Source of the DNA: Phoronis australis | Taxonomy: Eukaryota; Animalia; Phoronida | Direction of reading: 5' to 3' | Length of the DNA: 64,000 nt | Assembly (NCBI GenBank): GCA_002633005.1 | Contig: NMRA01000065.1 | Coordinates: forward strand, 611,066-675,065 | Shown: positions 24,843-37,632 of the stretch, piece by piece | Layout: every line of letters starts with the position of its first letter | How positions within the stretch are numbered: position 1 is the first letter of the stretch | The notes under the pieces: generated by a model | What the model was told of the DNA's origin: nothing | The model's database searches: none | The model's input: the letters and a program-made list of their open reading frames with translations, nothing else | Translations under genes and position numbers: made by a program

Positions 24843-25494
24843 AGCCAATCGACTTACGTTTGGTATTTATTCCATACGCTTCGAATTTCTAAGTTTCTTT
24901 CATTTTTCGGCAGATTTTTTAAGTACTTCACTCAGACGGTTCATGTGGTGGATCACATCCTATATGTATGTACATTGTACTTGCGCGTTAGGCTGCAAGT
25001 TTTTTTTTCTAGTAAAAGAAACAGTTTTAAATATAACGATTTATTACTTGAAAAGGGATAACAAAGATGAAAACAACGGTAACTGTGCATTGAACTTGTA
25101 ACATCTTCTGAAAATAGATGAAAATCAACATTTGATATTGTTGTTACAAAGGAATCGACGCCTGAGTTGCAGACGATATAAAAGACACCGGTCTAATCAT
25201 TCCATTCATTCAATGCAGTTCTTAACGCATAATTCACTGCGTTTGGTTCCCCTGTTCATTGTGAATTCCCAAAGGTTTCCACGCGTTTTATCACCCTTCG
25301 TATCCGGTCGTTAACAATTTCACGTTTGGCTCTCCTGATATTGAATACTTCTGTTTACGCCAGTGTACGTCATCTTAAGTCGATAGATGTCACTACGTGT
25401 CAGATACGATAACTATGTACATAGGATCTTGAAAGGCGTCACAGTTTGCATGTGTACGATGAAAACGGTCTCATCTACTATTGTCTCGTTTCAG

Positions 25495-25576
25495 AAAAAT
25501 CAGAAGAGAACCTTCCAGCGCAGACGAATTAAATACCCTTGAGGTTGGCGTGGACCATTTGACGACAAACGTTTAG
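25495..25576 (+). CDS. SLC22 probable terminal exon 10
   Basis: gtttcag|(R)KIRREPSSADELNTLEVGVDHLTTNV*; phase-2 compatible and ends in a class-I PDZ motif (T-x-V). The total CDS is 1710 nt. An N gap lies in the preceding intron. Confidence 0.7.
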
Positions 25577-25589
25577 TCTTGCAATTAGA

Positions 25590-26120
25590 CTTTTTAATTT
25601 GTTGTTACGACGGCATGATGAACTATAAGTCTCAACTGAACTAGTCCATTGCTTAGTAATATACAGTACATACACACGTACATGTACGTAGGTACGTATG
25701 TACATACATACATATTTTTGCATACATATATATACAAACATGCATACATACATACGTGCAAATATATACATACATACATACATCACTATAATTTGGCAGT
25801 AATCTTTCTCGTATACATATTTCGTTGAAGGCACGACTTTGATCTGTTTTACTAGTTTAATTTCAGATCAAATAGAGATCTTGTCTTTACATCACAACAG
25901 TGCAACAAAAATCCAATCGACATCAGTAGGTAACGCTTTGAAAATTATGTTACCTACTGATGTCGATTGGATTTTTATTGCACTGTTGTGATGCAAAGAC
26001 AAGATCTCTATTTAGAGAGTTTGAAAGAACTGAAATAAAACTCGTAAAACAGATCAAAGTCGTGTATTCAATGAAAATGCACACATACATGCAAATATAC
26101 ATACATGCATATATAGAATA
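25590..26120. mobile_element. Penelope-like element 5' fragments in inverted (head-to-head) duplication with a microsatellite-filled intron
   Basis: Minus strand ...QSRAFNEICIRERLLPNYSD|gtatgt (GTAT)n ...ttcag|LRL. Plus strand MSIGFLLHCCDAKTRSLFREFERTEIKLVK. Arms at about 25833-25934 and 25950-26064. Confidence 0.65.
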
Positions 26121-29100
26121 CTTACATTGCTATGCTTTCTAGATGTACAACTCCGTAAAAATATCAGTCAATGTAGCATTACATTTTTGTCCGTAAAAAG
26201 TTACCTTATAGGTCGTTCTTCAAAACAAATGGCCCCTGGGATTATTTAATGCTGCACCGGCTGTCATAAATGCACTCGCACTGTAGCTTTTAATTAGTTT
26301 ACACGCGCCTTTCGTGCACATTTCAAAACAATAACCTCATCTTAAGGGTTATAGACAACTATAAAGGTATGTTTGGACAACTGCTGAGGTCAAATATAAG
26401 CGCAGAGAACCAAGGCCAGAGAGATTGCAATTCCAGACATACATCACAAGAGGAGCGTATGTGACGTTTGCACGGAGCTACACTGTACATACAGGTACTG
26501 TATGTTCAATACAAAAGCGGTCGAGCAGGGGGTCCATTTCTAGCCCATTCCCACTTGGATGCTTGGATGCACGCTTTTGTCATGTATGCCATCTATACTA
26601 TTAAATTAGATTTTAATTATTTTTCAGAAATAACTGCGCAATTTTTTTACTTATGTCATAATCTGTTTGACTTGACGTCGCACTTGCGTCGTTTCAAAAG
26701 TTTTGTACTTGGTGAGAAATTAGCATTAGTCGCTGCGTGTTGGAGCCTGAAACAACTTTCCTATTTAGTCTCACATACCCTTGAGCCTAAGTGTTCCTCG
26801 TATGAACCACTGAAATCATGCACAACACTATTTGAAAACTGTACATGAGGTAAAACGTAAAGGTGGACCGAAAAAAAAACAGCCTGATCACAAATTTTCT
26901 CAAACATGCATGAAACTTGAGCAAACTTCCAAATATTTATCATTTTCATGATCCCAGTAAATTTCCTTTCCGTGACAGCATTCTATTTCCGTTCCCAACA
27001 AGAACATCGAAACCCCCAGTGACTCAATAAAATGCTTTGAAGTTTACTGAGGATGGGTAATTCGAAAATGGCGTGTACGCATTGCTTGTGGCTTGATTTG
27101 GTAACGGAAATGACATCATTTTAAGGTAAGGATCGTTGTGAGACCGAGTTTGTGGAAGTAAAGGCGTGTTTGATTTTCATTATTAAGCTAGCAGTTTTAA
27201 GAAATGATTACTATCGCGAATAAAATCCCAGTGTACCCTCGGGCATAGAAAGGGACAATGCTGAAAGGCAAGCTCATCATTGCTGACGGCGGCCATTAAA
27301 CAATCGGTCTTCCCGCCAATCCCCTTGAATTCATCGCACAATTAAAAGGATTGGTCTACTTCACTCTAGTAATATGGTGCTCTACCACGGGAACTAATTT
27401 TCCCTTTTATTCGAGCAACTTCGAACGGTTTCAAGTCGATGCTGTGTTGTTATCGTTCACAGCCGCTGACGCAAACTTCGACCTGTATCTGACTTGGTAA
27501 CCGCTCCCTCGTGTGAGCAAAATCACAGATAGTACCTCAAAACTTTTCCTTAAAAATATTGAAGTTGTATAATCATGATTGCTAATCGACAATTTATTCA
27601 AATACATTTTTCAGTATCTTTGTATATTTTGAATTTCGTGTTGCCTATTGCATTTGTTCTCCCTAAAAGTTATAATGGTAGAAGAGTGACGAATCACTGC
27701 GACAGTTTCCCGGGGAAATTGCGGCCCGGGAAATGCCTCGGTAAGGCTAAAAAGCACACTTGGTTCTCGCATGTGCTGTTTCAGAAGTCGGTGGTGCGGT
27801 ATTTATTTTAGTTGCTCACTTTCTCGAAAAAGAAAATACACCTGAGCCGAATAAAAGTGATGTGGATTTTTACGATAATTTCTAGCCTGTTTGGGGGGAG
27901 GGGTGGTGGTGGCTCTCATGCATTGAGGTTGTCGAAAGTTTTCTTTTTATCCCCATTGGCTACTGCAAACACATGAGTGGAGTAACAGTCCAGCATATCG
28001 CAAAATAGTGATGAAAATTGTCCGTTCGAATAGTATATAAAAGATTGTGTTACCCGCAGAACAGTGTTTGGTGAATACGAGGATTAGTGAGTCAGGACTA
28101 CGTCGAGACCCGCGACGGGGAAGTTCGATCTCAAAGTGGGAGATGGTCATCAAGTAGTTTTCCTTATACGGCTCCCAATGGGAGACCCCTAAGTGTCAAT
28201 CACAGAGATTTTAAGACATCGATGACTTTTAACATAGAAGCCTACAATTAGCGTTTCTTCAAGTCGCTTTTCATAAAAATGAACCCAAGGTTAAAAATCC
28301 TTAAATTATAATTTGAGAAGTTGTATACACTACGGACAATGCTCCTCAGACTCAGACTGGACTGGTCACCAGAATGCGTGGACGAAACGACATCCGACAT
28401 TTCCTGAGTCCATTCAAAAATAGTTTGGCAAAGAGACAATTTAGGAGAAAGGGGAGCTGGAGAAGATATTAATAGTACAAATTGTATAACAAGATAATGT
28501 TATGACTTTTCCGAAAATACGTACGCTTACATGTGAAGATAATCAGGAAAATACAAGCTAGTGTTGGTTTAGGAACGTAAATTCATTAAGAAAACCTTAT
28601 TTATTCGCGCCACATTACAATAACGAATAGGCGACTTCACTTTGAACAGGCAATGTGTCGGTCTGAACGCCAGTTATGATGGCGGCCGCAGTAACATTCA
28701 CTTCAATCCAGCTTTTTACATTTTTGAGTTAGTTCCCCAATCATTCAATCTTTTCTCTCTCTGCCCACCTCTCCCACCCATGGGCGGCGCAGCACCGAAA
28801 AAAGTGGGGGGAGGCTAAAGCCCCCTCAGCCCCCCTGTGGTGCAGCGCCTGTAGACCATATGCGGCGTAGCACTGAAAAAAGTAGGGGGCTATAGCCCTC
28901 CCAGCCCCCTATGGTGCGCCGCCCATGCCACCCCTACCTAACCTCCACACTTTCTCGCTCCCACACTCCCTCTCTGCCTCCCATTGTTCCTAATTGTGAG
29001 GAGAACCGAAAGGATACAGCTTTAGAATTGTGTGAACCAGTGTGTAGTATACACCTTCATGTCGTAATTAGGATGCCTAATACTACAATGCACCTAGGGT

Positions 29101-29386
29101 CTAACCAAACACGTTGGATAACAACACTCAGCGTGAACTGAACAACACGATTTTTTCGAGCTCATATGACAACAGCGTTCAACATCGACCTGCTCCGAAA
29201 GTAATCGGCCCAGGCCGCACTTTACAATCCACTCGTTTATAAAAGGAATCACAGAAAGGGCGCTCATGAGTACATACTGACGATTGTTAAAGTTAGGTGT
29301 TGTTTACGTTGCCAACAGAAAAGACTTTAATCAAGTGTGCCTGGATACCGTCTTCACTGCCTTTGGCTTCTCGACTTCGACTGAAA

Positions 29387-29431
29387 ATGTCAAACTGGTA
29401 TTGCCGTGCTACAGTCTTCCTGAGTTTACAG
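29387..29431 (+). CDS. Orphan transmembrane-adaptor-like protein, coding exon 1 (signal peptide N-half)
   Basis: Acceptor ccaacag near 29317, then aaaATG. MSNWYCRATVFLSLQ|gtaacg, phase 0. Confidence 0.6.
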
Positions 29432-30093
29432 GTAACGTTTATTTCTGGAAGTGATTACGTTGCAGTTTGTTGTTTCGCATTATACTGCATTTCATCAGTT
29501 TACATTGTCCCTACTGAGATTTTCAATATTGCGCTAATTTAACATGAACTGAATGTTGCGGAGTATGCAACGTATAGTGTGCAATTAACGTCATTTTATT
29601 TAAATAAAGCGATAGTAAATTCAAGCTGACAATTGGCAAAAATTGTTACCCAGGCCGAGTGTATCTTATTCGCCATTTAAAAGGAGCTTTCGCTACTGTT
29701 TAGATGTGGCAGTCAATGTTGGATTCTTTTCCGAAGCGCCCTTGGGGTTAATCTTTGCCACTTAAGTAATCCGATCTCCGGCATGGGTGGGGCAGTACTG
29801 AAATAAGAATGGGGCCATAGCCTCCCAGTCCCCAATGGTGCACCGCCCAAGGATCCTGACTTGTACAGCTCAAGCCCCTGGCAATGTGTACATGCGCCAT
29901 AGTCGAATTTGCAATTTTAGGGTTTTTAAAAGCTTAAGTGGCGCGTGATTCACTTTGTGAAACGCAGCTTTAAGTGAAATACCTTCAGGGAAATATAAAA
30001 TAAACATAATGTTATCAGTCGTGGTCCACTGCATGTCGTAGATTTTTCAAATATAAACCAGTAGAATAAGCATTATTTGTATTTAAATTTCAG

Positions 30094-30121
30094 ATTCCTT
30101 TACTTCTGCCAGCGACAGAAG
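30094..30121 (+). CDS. Orphan adaptor-like protein, 28-nt micro-exon 2 (signal peptide C-half)
   Basis: tttcag|IPLLLPATE G|gtgagt; strong consensus sites, phase 0 in and phase 1 out. Confidence 0.6.
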
Positions 30122-30942
30122 GTGAGTATACAGCCTTTGGTTTTCAAGAAGTTGATATTTGAAGTGGTATATTTTGGAACACCCTGTATTTGAGTTCCAC
30201 CCCAATAGCTGAATCAGTACCGAAGACATATTCGGGTCTGTGTTTAGTAATTTGTTGAAATTATGCACCGATTGTCCAGAAGCTCTTTGGCCAATGTGCT
30301 TGAATATTTAATCTCCTATTTGCGTGATACATGGGATATTTTTCAGACATTCTTCCAAAAGTATTTTCTCCATGCCGGCAGATGTGATATAAGTAATATT
30401 TTTGTTTCTTTAAGTGATTTATAAACGAATCAGTATCGGTCATTTCTGCAACGCCGGTTTTGAATTTCTGATGTTCTTGTTCTTTTGTCTGTAATTCTCT
30501 ATAATTTGAATGGTATTTGTATTATGAACACGCATGTTACCTTTTGACGAAGTGTTATTTTCACACATAAAAATTACCTAACGCACTAAGTGCATGGTCG
30601 TCTGGTCCCAGATCAAAGAAGTCTTCTGATCTCTTGCATTTTATCGGCAGTGACGTCAGTACGGCATTAAAGCGAATAGGCCTACCACTGTCAAGAGAGC
30701 ATTGCTCGACCAAAGACGTTTTCCCCAAGGCTGCTGATTTATTTTCTTGGTGCTGATTTGGGTTTTACTGAGGCTGCAGTACTTCGCGTACTGATTCAGC
30801 AAATCTAGTAAATACCATCAACTATTATCGAGCTCGTTCGATGCATTTCGTCAATTTTCGTATTATCGTTATCGCGTGCAATACTACATGTACATATACA
30901 TGTAAAACGACAAAGTTTACGATAACGTAGCACGGAAACTGA

Positions 30943-33536
30943 CGGCTAAGTCACAATCAAGGTCCATATTCGAGAGTTGACTGTGTTACGATCTAAAATA
31001 ACTTTTTTGTCACTTACCAGATGCCAACTGAATCTCATTATGCAAAGAGTTATTTAGTAATGTGCAAATTAAAAAAGAATCATCAAAATCGGACAATGTT
31101 TGAAAAATTTATGCATGTTTTTGTCAATGAAAATCATGCATTTTTAGCGTTACGAGTGGCTATTTTAAAAATAACAATTTTCAACTGTCAAGAATAGAAA
31201 AAAAAATTATTTTATCAAGCAAGCAATTGTTTAGATATGACTGAGAATAACTTGAGTCACTTTCAGAGTCAATTAGATGAAGTTGTGCTTAATCATTGAG
31301 AAATGGTAGGGTTCATCATAAAACAGGCACTCGTTACGAAATTTGTAAATTCTGTGTTTCTAACCCTCACCTACTGTAAAGAAGGTTAAAAACTAAAGTT
31401 CACACTGTGTAACGAAAATAACTGCAAAATATGTCAGCCTAGGCAACACAGCAAATTATTCAATATCTAAACAAACCAAAAGTTTGGATATTGAATGGGT
31501 TCTGCTATGTTGAAAATGGGCCAAAATGGCTAACAAATGTAGTGTACGTACCCCCCATGTGGAATTCAGTAATACAAATGGTCATTGCAAATGAAATTAT
31601 TGCCTTTAAAATAACAACATGGTGCTTATTATCACTGAAAAAATAAATAGCCATACAACATTATGTTACCATGTGATGCAGAAACAGTGATGTAGTGTAC
31701 GTACCCCCTTTTGTAGTGTACGTACCCCCATGTTTACAAATGCCATGAAATTAAAATATCACTTGGTAAGTGAGCAACATTGGTCATAGACAGTTTCCTT
31801 CCTTAAAAATGTTAGGTTAAAAGAGTGTTTATTGCCAATACATTTGTTTTGAGTGAAATATTATCATTTTTGTAGTGTACGTACCCCCTTATTTTAATTT
31901 GTGCCTATTTTCAAATTATGGCAGATATGCACATGTATGCTGTGCTTTTTATTTTTTCTCTTTGAATTGATTTAGTAAATCAACTAACTCTCAGTAAATT
32001 CTTAGTATTTAGTTACAAACCTGAAATGTAGAGTACGTACCCCTTTGTAGTGTACGTACCCCACAGACAGTTTCCTCCATTAAAAATGCTAGGTTAAAAG
32101 GGTGTTAATTACAAATACATTTGTTTTGAGTGAAATATTAGCATTTGTGTAGTGTACGTACCCCTATACTTTAGCATGTGCCTGTTTTCAAAGAATGGCA
32201 AAAAAGGAACATGACTGCATGCTGTTCTTTTTATTTGTTCTCTTTGAATAGTGGTAAATGAACTAACTCTCAATAGATTTTAATTATTTTTCATAAACCT
32301 GAAAAGTCATTAAAATGTAGTGTACGTACTCCTGTGTAGTGTACGTATCTTCAACCTCTGTGCTATAAAGTATTGCCCACAAGAAATTTTACATACAGTT
32401 GCTGTTCTCACGAACAATACTGATATTTCCAAAATGAATCCAGTCTGACAAAAAACAACGGACATTATCAAATTTGTGCAGTACAATGCCACACAGGACG
32501 TGGCTAGTACTGAAAATCCTAGAAGACACGTGTCATGTGACAACTGATGTTGCAGAGGCAGGTTCTCTATCTCTCAAGACAACTTCAACTTGCAACAAAC
32601 CAACAATTAGAGGCAGCACAAAACTCGAGACCATCCCATACATTTGTAACTTAGTCAAAATTTGACGTTGATTGACTGTGCGTAGTGTACGTACCCCCCA
32701 ACCAGTACCATTTTTTACTGTTTACAAGTGGAACACTTGGCCTAGCATTGCCTTAACTGTTTTGACCAACTGGTGAATGTATTGAAAACTAGGCAAATAG
32801 CACCAATAAAGTTTTTGAAAAAGTAGTTACTTGTCATTTTCTTTTTGTATGAATCATATTGCAAGAGAAGGAAGTTCTCATTATACTGTGTTAAGATATG
32901 CAATATATCATCATCTAGAACAACTTGATCAACACGGTAATAACTTTTCTTATTTTAGTATGTGATACTTCTTCACTTTAATCAAAATCTTATTAAATTA
33001 ACAGCTACCTTATGAATTTTTGCATGGTAGAAGTAGGTTGTGACCACAAGCTGTACATGTAGTCTACATATCCTTTTATACAACTGCGATGCATTAGGCC
33101 GTATAATTTTATTCGATGGTTCTTGTGCAAAAATATTTTAGATTACAAACCTGAAATGATGGTACTTGAAAATAATCCAGCTTTTACAGTTATATGACGC
33201 CCTTCATCGGCGGATTTAGGGGGGGGGGCAGGGGGCTGGGCCCCCCTGGGTGATGCAAGCAAAATTAAACAGCAACAGCGTGAAGCGTGCGGAAATATGG
33301 AGTTGTTTACCAACTAGGAATGGCAGCGGACGAGGAAGAGGGGGGGGCTCAGGCAGAATCGTGTTGGGTTTTTTAGTCCTCCGATAGATTTTCGGGCGAC
33401 TGAGCATACCATCGCGCTTTGCCCAATTCTCCGAGGCAACATGTTGCCCCCCCTTATAGTATCCTAGATCCGCCACTGACCTTCATTTTTCACCAAAAGC
33501 GGCCACCCAATATGGACCTTGATTGTGATTTGGCCG
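30943..33536. mobile_element. Non-autonomous DNA transposon with CGGC...GCCG ends, 3-bp TSD and about 11 internal TGTAGTGTACGTACCCC motifs
   Basis: TIR cggctaagtcacaatcaaggtccatatt / aatatggaccttgattgtgatttggccg with TSD TGA on both sides. Confidence 0.85.
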
Positions 33537-36371
33537 TGACGAATACCGGCGCAGTCTCTGCAACACGCGTACTGTGCAATCTTTACTTCACGGCAGTCAA
33601 TCCATATACCTTTGATACTGATATATTTCTGAACCTTAACGTTAGTATTTCAACACGAATCACGTAAAGGTAAAACAAAATAGTGCCCCTGCTTACAGTC
33701 TAACTGGTATTATAGCATGCCAGGCACACAACACGTATAACCTCCCTGTGGCCGGTTCGCCCCCACGCTTGCCGACGTACTAGTTTACCGGCTTAACCAC
33801 AATGCAACATTCTGACCCATTTCCAATATGGCGGCGTTGCAACTCCGCTATTACATGTAGGTACATGTAAGGTAATGAAAGCTTCAGAAACAACAACGTT
33901 CTGGGAGAGTTTACGTGTACCGGTACTTCATGAAAGCTGTATAAACCTGAATTATTGTATCAGCACAAGGTTTACTAGCCGGGCACAATGCGTACAAGTC
34001 GTCTGACTCAACGCGAAATAATTTTTCAACTGTCATTGATTTTTTCACGTTTGCAATATTTGTATGCCAAGTATAGAAACTGTTTGCTTACTTCAATCGA
34101 CTTCAAATCATGGAGAATCGTTCGGGTGTTTGCAGATTTTCGATGTTAGTCAACGCACCTATTGGCAATTTAAAATATTGTTTTTGCAACAACGCGTGCG
34201 TAAGCTGACAGGAAAATCTGCAATTGTTTTGCCACAGAAACCTGCTTCAGATTCCTGATTTACCTCCCGAGATATCGGCCGTCAAAGTGAGTAAAAATTT
34301 GGGATATTGCTTATCATCTATGCCAGTCTTTTAAGAGTAATCCAAACATGTAAGTCACGCGTGAAAAAAACGTATTCGATACGTGGAAACGCCTTGATTG
34401 CATTTACATTTCTTAAAAAATTTTCTCAAAGCCAAATTTACACCTATGTGGAAAAACAGTGGTCACGTGATGACGAATTCTTGACACTTCAAGAACTGAG
34501 AGAAAATCAACTTTCCAGTATCGTGGATTCAAGAAAATGCATTCTCTAGCAATAGACTTTCGAAATTTGTGATGAAACGTGAGTGATCTTCACATGGGCT
34601 GACGATTACCTTCACTTTCATTTGGGTTAACAACAAGTCACATAAAATGTAGATTAGCACCGTGCTCCAGTTCTCCTCGGGATTCGAACAAGTGCATGTC
34701 CCCAACGTTCCCATGCTACAACAGTTTTCAAACTCAAATGAACCCCGTCAAAATTTGCCAAATTTTTGACGCACAAAACCGCGGCTAAATATTCACTTCT
34801 TTTCCACTTAGACATTTCCGTTCCGGCAAACTCTTGAAAAAACTCGACGGGTGTGACTCCACGCACTCGAAATAGCGACGACTTGTCATGCAAATTCTTC
34901 GCAAATAAACAATTGGCCGCGATGTGCAATAACGACAGTTCAAACTGACAAGACCGACATTTTCGTAACCTCAAATGTCCCCTAATTGTCTACGCATGCG
35001 CGAACTTTAGTCATGCCATTCCTCTTGATCCGACAGTTTGAAATTCTCATGACTTGCCGTATACTTACATATCAACCATATTTTGCTCTAGCATCTAGCC
35101 ATAGCTATTTTAGTAATCAAAACCTAACAAACCATATCACTGACGAAAACGAGTCAAAATATGGTCAAGTGTCAAAATGCATTGAATGTACCTTTACCTA
35201 TTAGAGACTCTGTACATCTAGTAACCGAGAGTGTTGTTATACTCCTTGGTATTACTCATTTGTCCCTGTCGAGCAAGGCTCATGATATGAAATTATTTCG
35301 ACAAAAGAGATTGCCAGTAAAAGCCAAAGCGAAAGCTCGAAAACGTTATTATGAATATCAGCAAAAAAACGTATGAATTATCATTTTGGCGCTACGCCGT
35401 AACACTACAGAAACGGCTCAAAAATACGTAGCAAATAGGTAATTCCCATATTGGCTGACGTGCATGCGTATTGTATATCTTAAGTCCGCAACCTTCCCCT
35501 CCGAGCCCAGTAGAACTTTGAGGGTGGAAACGAACTCTTACCACCGGCGCGCACCCTTTCCGCACACACACTGCAAAAACTCTTACCACGCACAGAAATC
35601 TTGGAACTCCACCCACACTCAGACACTTACCGCTTTTTTACCATTTGAGAAATTTAGCAAGGCCTACAGAGGCCCAAAAACAACACATAGAATTTGGGTC
35701 GCGCGCTTCAGTCAGTTTCATTAAAAGTCCCTGCATACTAATATGTGGGAAATCAATTCTTACCATCGATGCACACCCTTACCATACAGGGCAAAAACTC
35801 TACCACGCACAAAAATTCCGGCGAAACCTAGCTGAACTCCATCCGCATTTAGGCACACACAAGTTTAGGGAAAGTGGCTGAAAATACAACACATAGAAAC
35901 CGGCCATGCTCATGATCTCACGTGACCAATAGTTAAGTCTGAACAGTCTGTCCCGACCAGGGCTCGAAACCAGGACTTTTTGCTAACCACAGAAACACTA
36001 TAGGTCCCGACCTCCCCCCATTCGGTGCTATGCGCATCTACAATCGTGCTTTGAGCAAATGTTTACTGACAAAATGTTGGGCCACCCTTGTGATATCCTA
36101 GATCCGCCACTGGTATAGGGGCGACATTTCATAGAAAGCATCTAACCCAAACTTGACAGTGCATATACAAGTATATATGAACACAGTTATATGCATTTGT
36201 GTGCTCTGCCATGCTTCGCGGCTGCGAAAACTTGTTTGAAACTTGACTTTGATTTAAACAAAAACCCTTTCAAACCCATCAAAGTAACAGTCCGAGGCTG
36301 AATGCTCTCGGATCATAATGTCACTGTTGTAAAGACCCAGTTTGAAATTCGTAATTATTTGCTATTTTTAG

Positions 36372-36510
36372 GAGTAACACAATCACCCGCCCCCGCAGTC
36401 CTGGATACGTCCGTTATCGTTGCCGCTGTTCTCTCAGGAGTGTCAGCTCTAGTCATCATAGCAGGAGCAGTCATTATTATCGTCTTCCTGTACAAGCGCC
36501 ATACAAAAAG
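36372..36510 (+). CDS. Orphan adaptor-like protein, TM exon
   Basis: tttttag|(G)VTQSPAPAVLDTSVIVAAVLSGVSALVIIAGAVIIIVFLYKRHTK AG|gtataa; hydrophobic helix followed by a basic stop-transfer sequence. Confidence 0.8.
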
Positions 36511-36998
36511 GTATAACGAGGGATTCGCGAATCAGGTCAAAACCTGTATGTAATGTGCAACCATTGCCGTAATCAACGTGTAGGTAGGCCAGACAGAGTA
36601 CTCCCAGGGTATCATTTGGTAAAGGAATCGTATCCAGTAGTGATGACAGTTTTGCGCCCAATAAGATATGTATATAGCTCATTGTTTGCTCCTTGTTTTG
36701 CAATCCTTGCAACACATACCACTTCAACTTTACTGGTGATCTGGAAGAATAACGTCGATGTTAAAAGCCGTCGCCACTGGCCGATATAGGGTGTACATAG
36801 GAGGGTCAAACACAATGACCAAAGGCAAACTTTTGCGAGAGCCTACCGGTATGTCGTTGCTGTTATTTTTTCCAGCTACCCCTCCCCCTTCCCCATAATC
36901 CGCCTGTGCACTCGCATGAATGTTCGCAACGCAAATATCCTATTAGTAGTGGTACTCATGAACTTACTTTTATAAATTACCTTTTTTCTTTTATACAG

Positions 36999-37632
36999 AA
37001 AAGACTTGTACTACAAGTCCGACAAAGCCAAGGAAGTTCAAGCGCCAAGTGGATACGATGTGCCAACAAGTAACTTTGACAACAGTGGACGAGCTATTAC
37101 AAAGAACGAAAGGGGCAATCGAGACTCTTCGGAAGCGTTCGGCCATGATACTAGAAACTACAGTGTTCACGGTCGTGGCGAGCATCCATTTCAAAGACGA
37201 GACCACACTTCAGAAATTACGTTCCGAAACGCTTACACGGAAGACTACAGGCCTTTTACAGTCCAGACAGCGTTTCTTGACACTGCTGATCATGCGCCTC
37301 GATTCGATTGGCCAGAAATACGCGGGAACATGGTTCGACCAATAGCTCCATTTATGCCAGTAGGAGATCAACGTCATAATTATAGCAGATACCAACCAGG
37401 AATTACGTGGGAAAACAGGCAATTAAAAGGAGAACCCCGCACATCGCACCTACAGAATAATTCAGAAAGCGATTTTTCTGTAGGCGGGGACAGAATTCGT
37501 GATTCAAGCGAAGGTAATGATGATGTTTTCTACGCTCGTTCATATAAAGAGCAACGTCCTGCGGTTGATGAGAAAGGCTACATTCTCAGAGAGCTAACTA
37601 TTTTGGGAGCTCCACGCGGAGCTTGCTTCTGA
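36999..37632 (+). CDS. Orphan adaptor-like protein, terminal exon (long hydrophilic Tyr-containing cytoplasmic tail)
   Basis: Long polypyrimidine tract then tacag|, phase-2 compatible with the TM exon, and about 210 open codons. AATAAA near 38002. Confidence 0.8.

Noticed and set aside
31538-32700. CRISPR-like array of TGTAGTGTACGTACCCC
   Set aside because: Spacing is irregular (about 20-350 bp), some spacers are related to each other, there are no cas genes, the context is eukaryotic, and the array lies inside a TIR element.
36511-36553. Longer TM exon ending at the gtatgt donor (36546)
   Set aside because: Splicing from this donor to 36999 creates TAA immediately. The AG|gtataa donor at 36510 keeps the frame, although a short-tailed isoform cannot be excluded.
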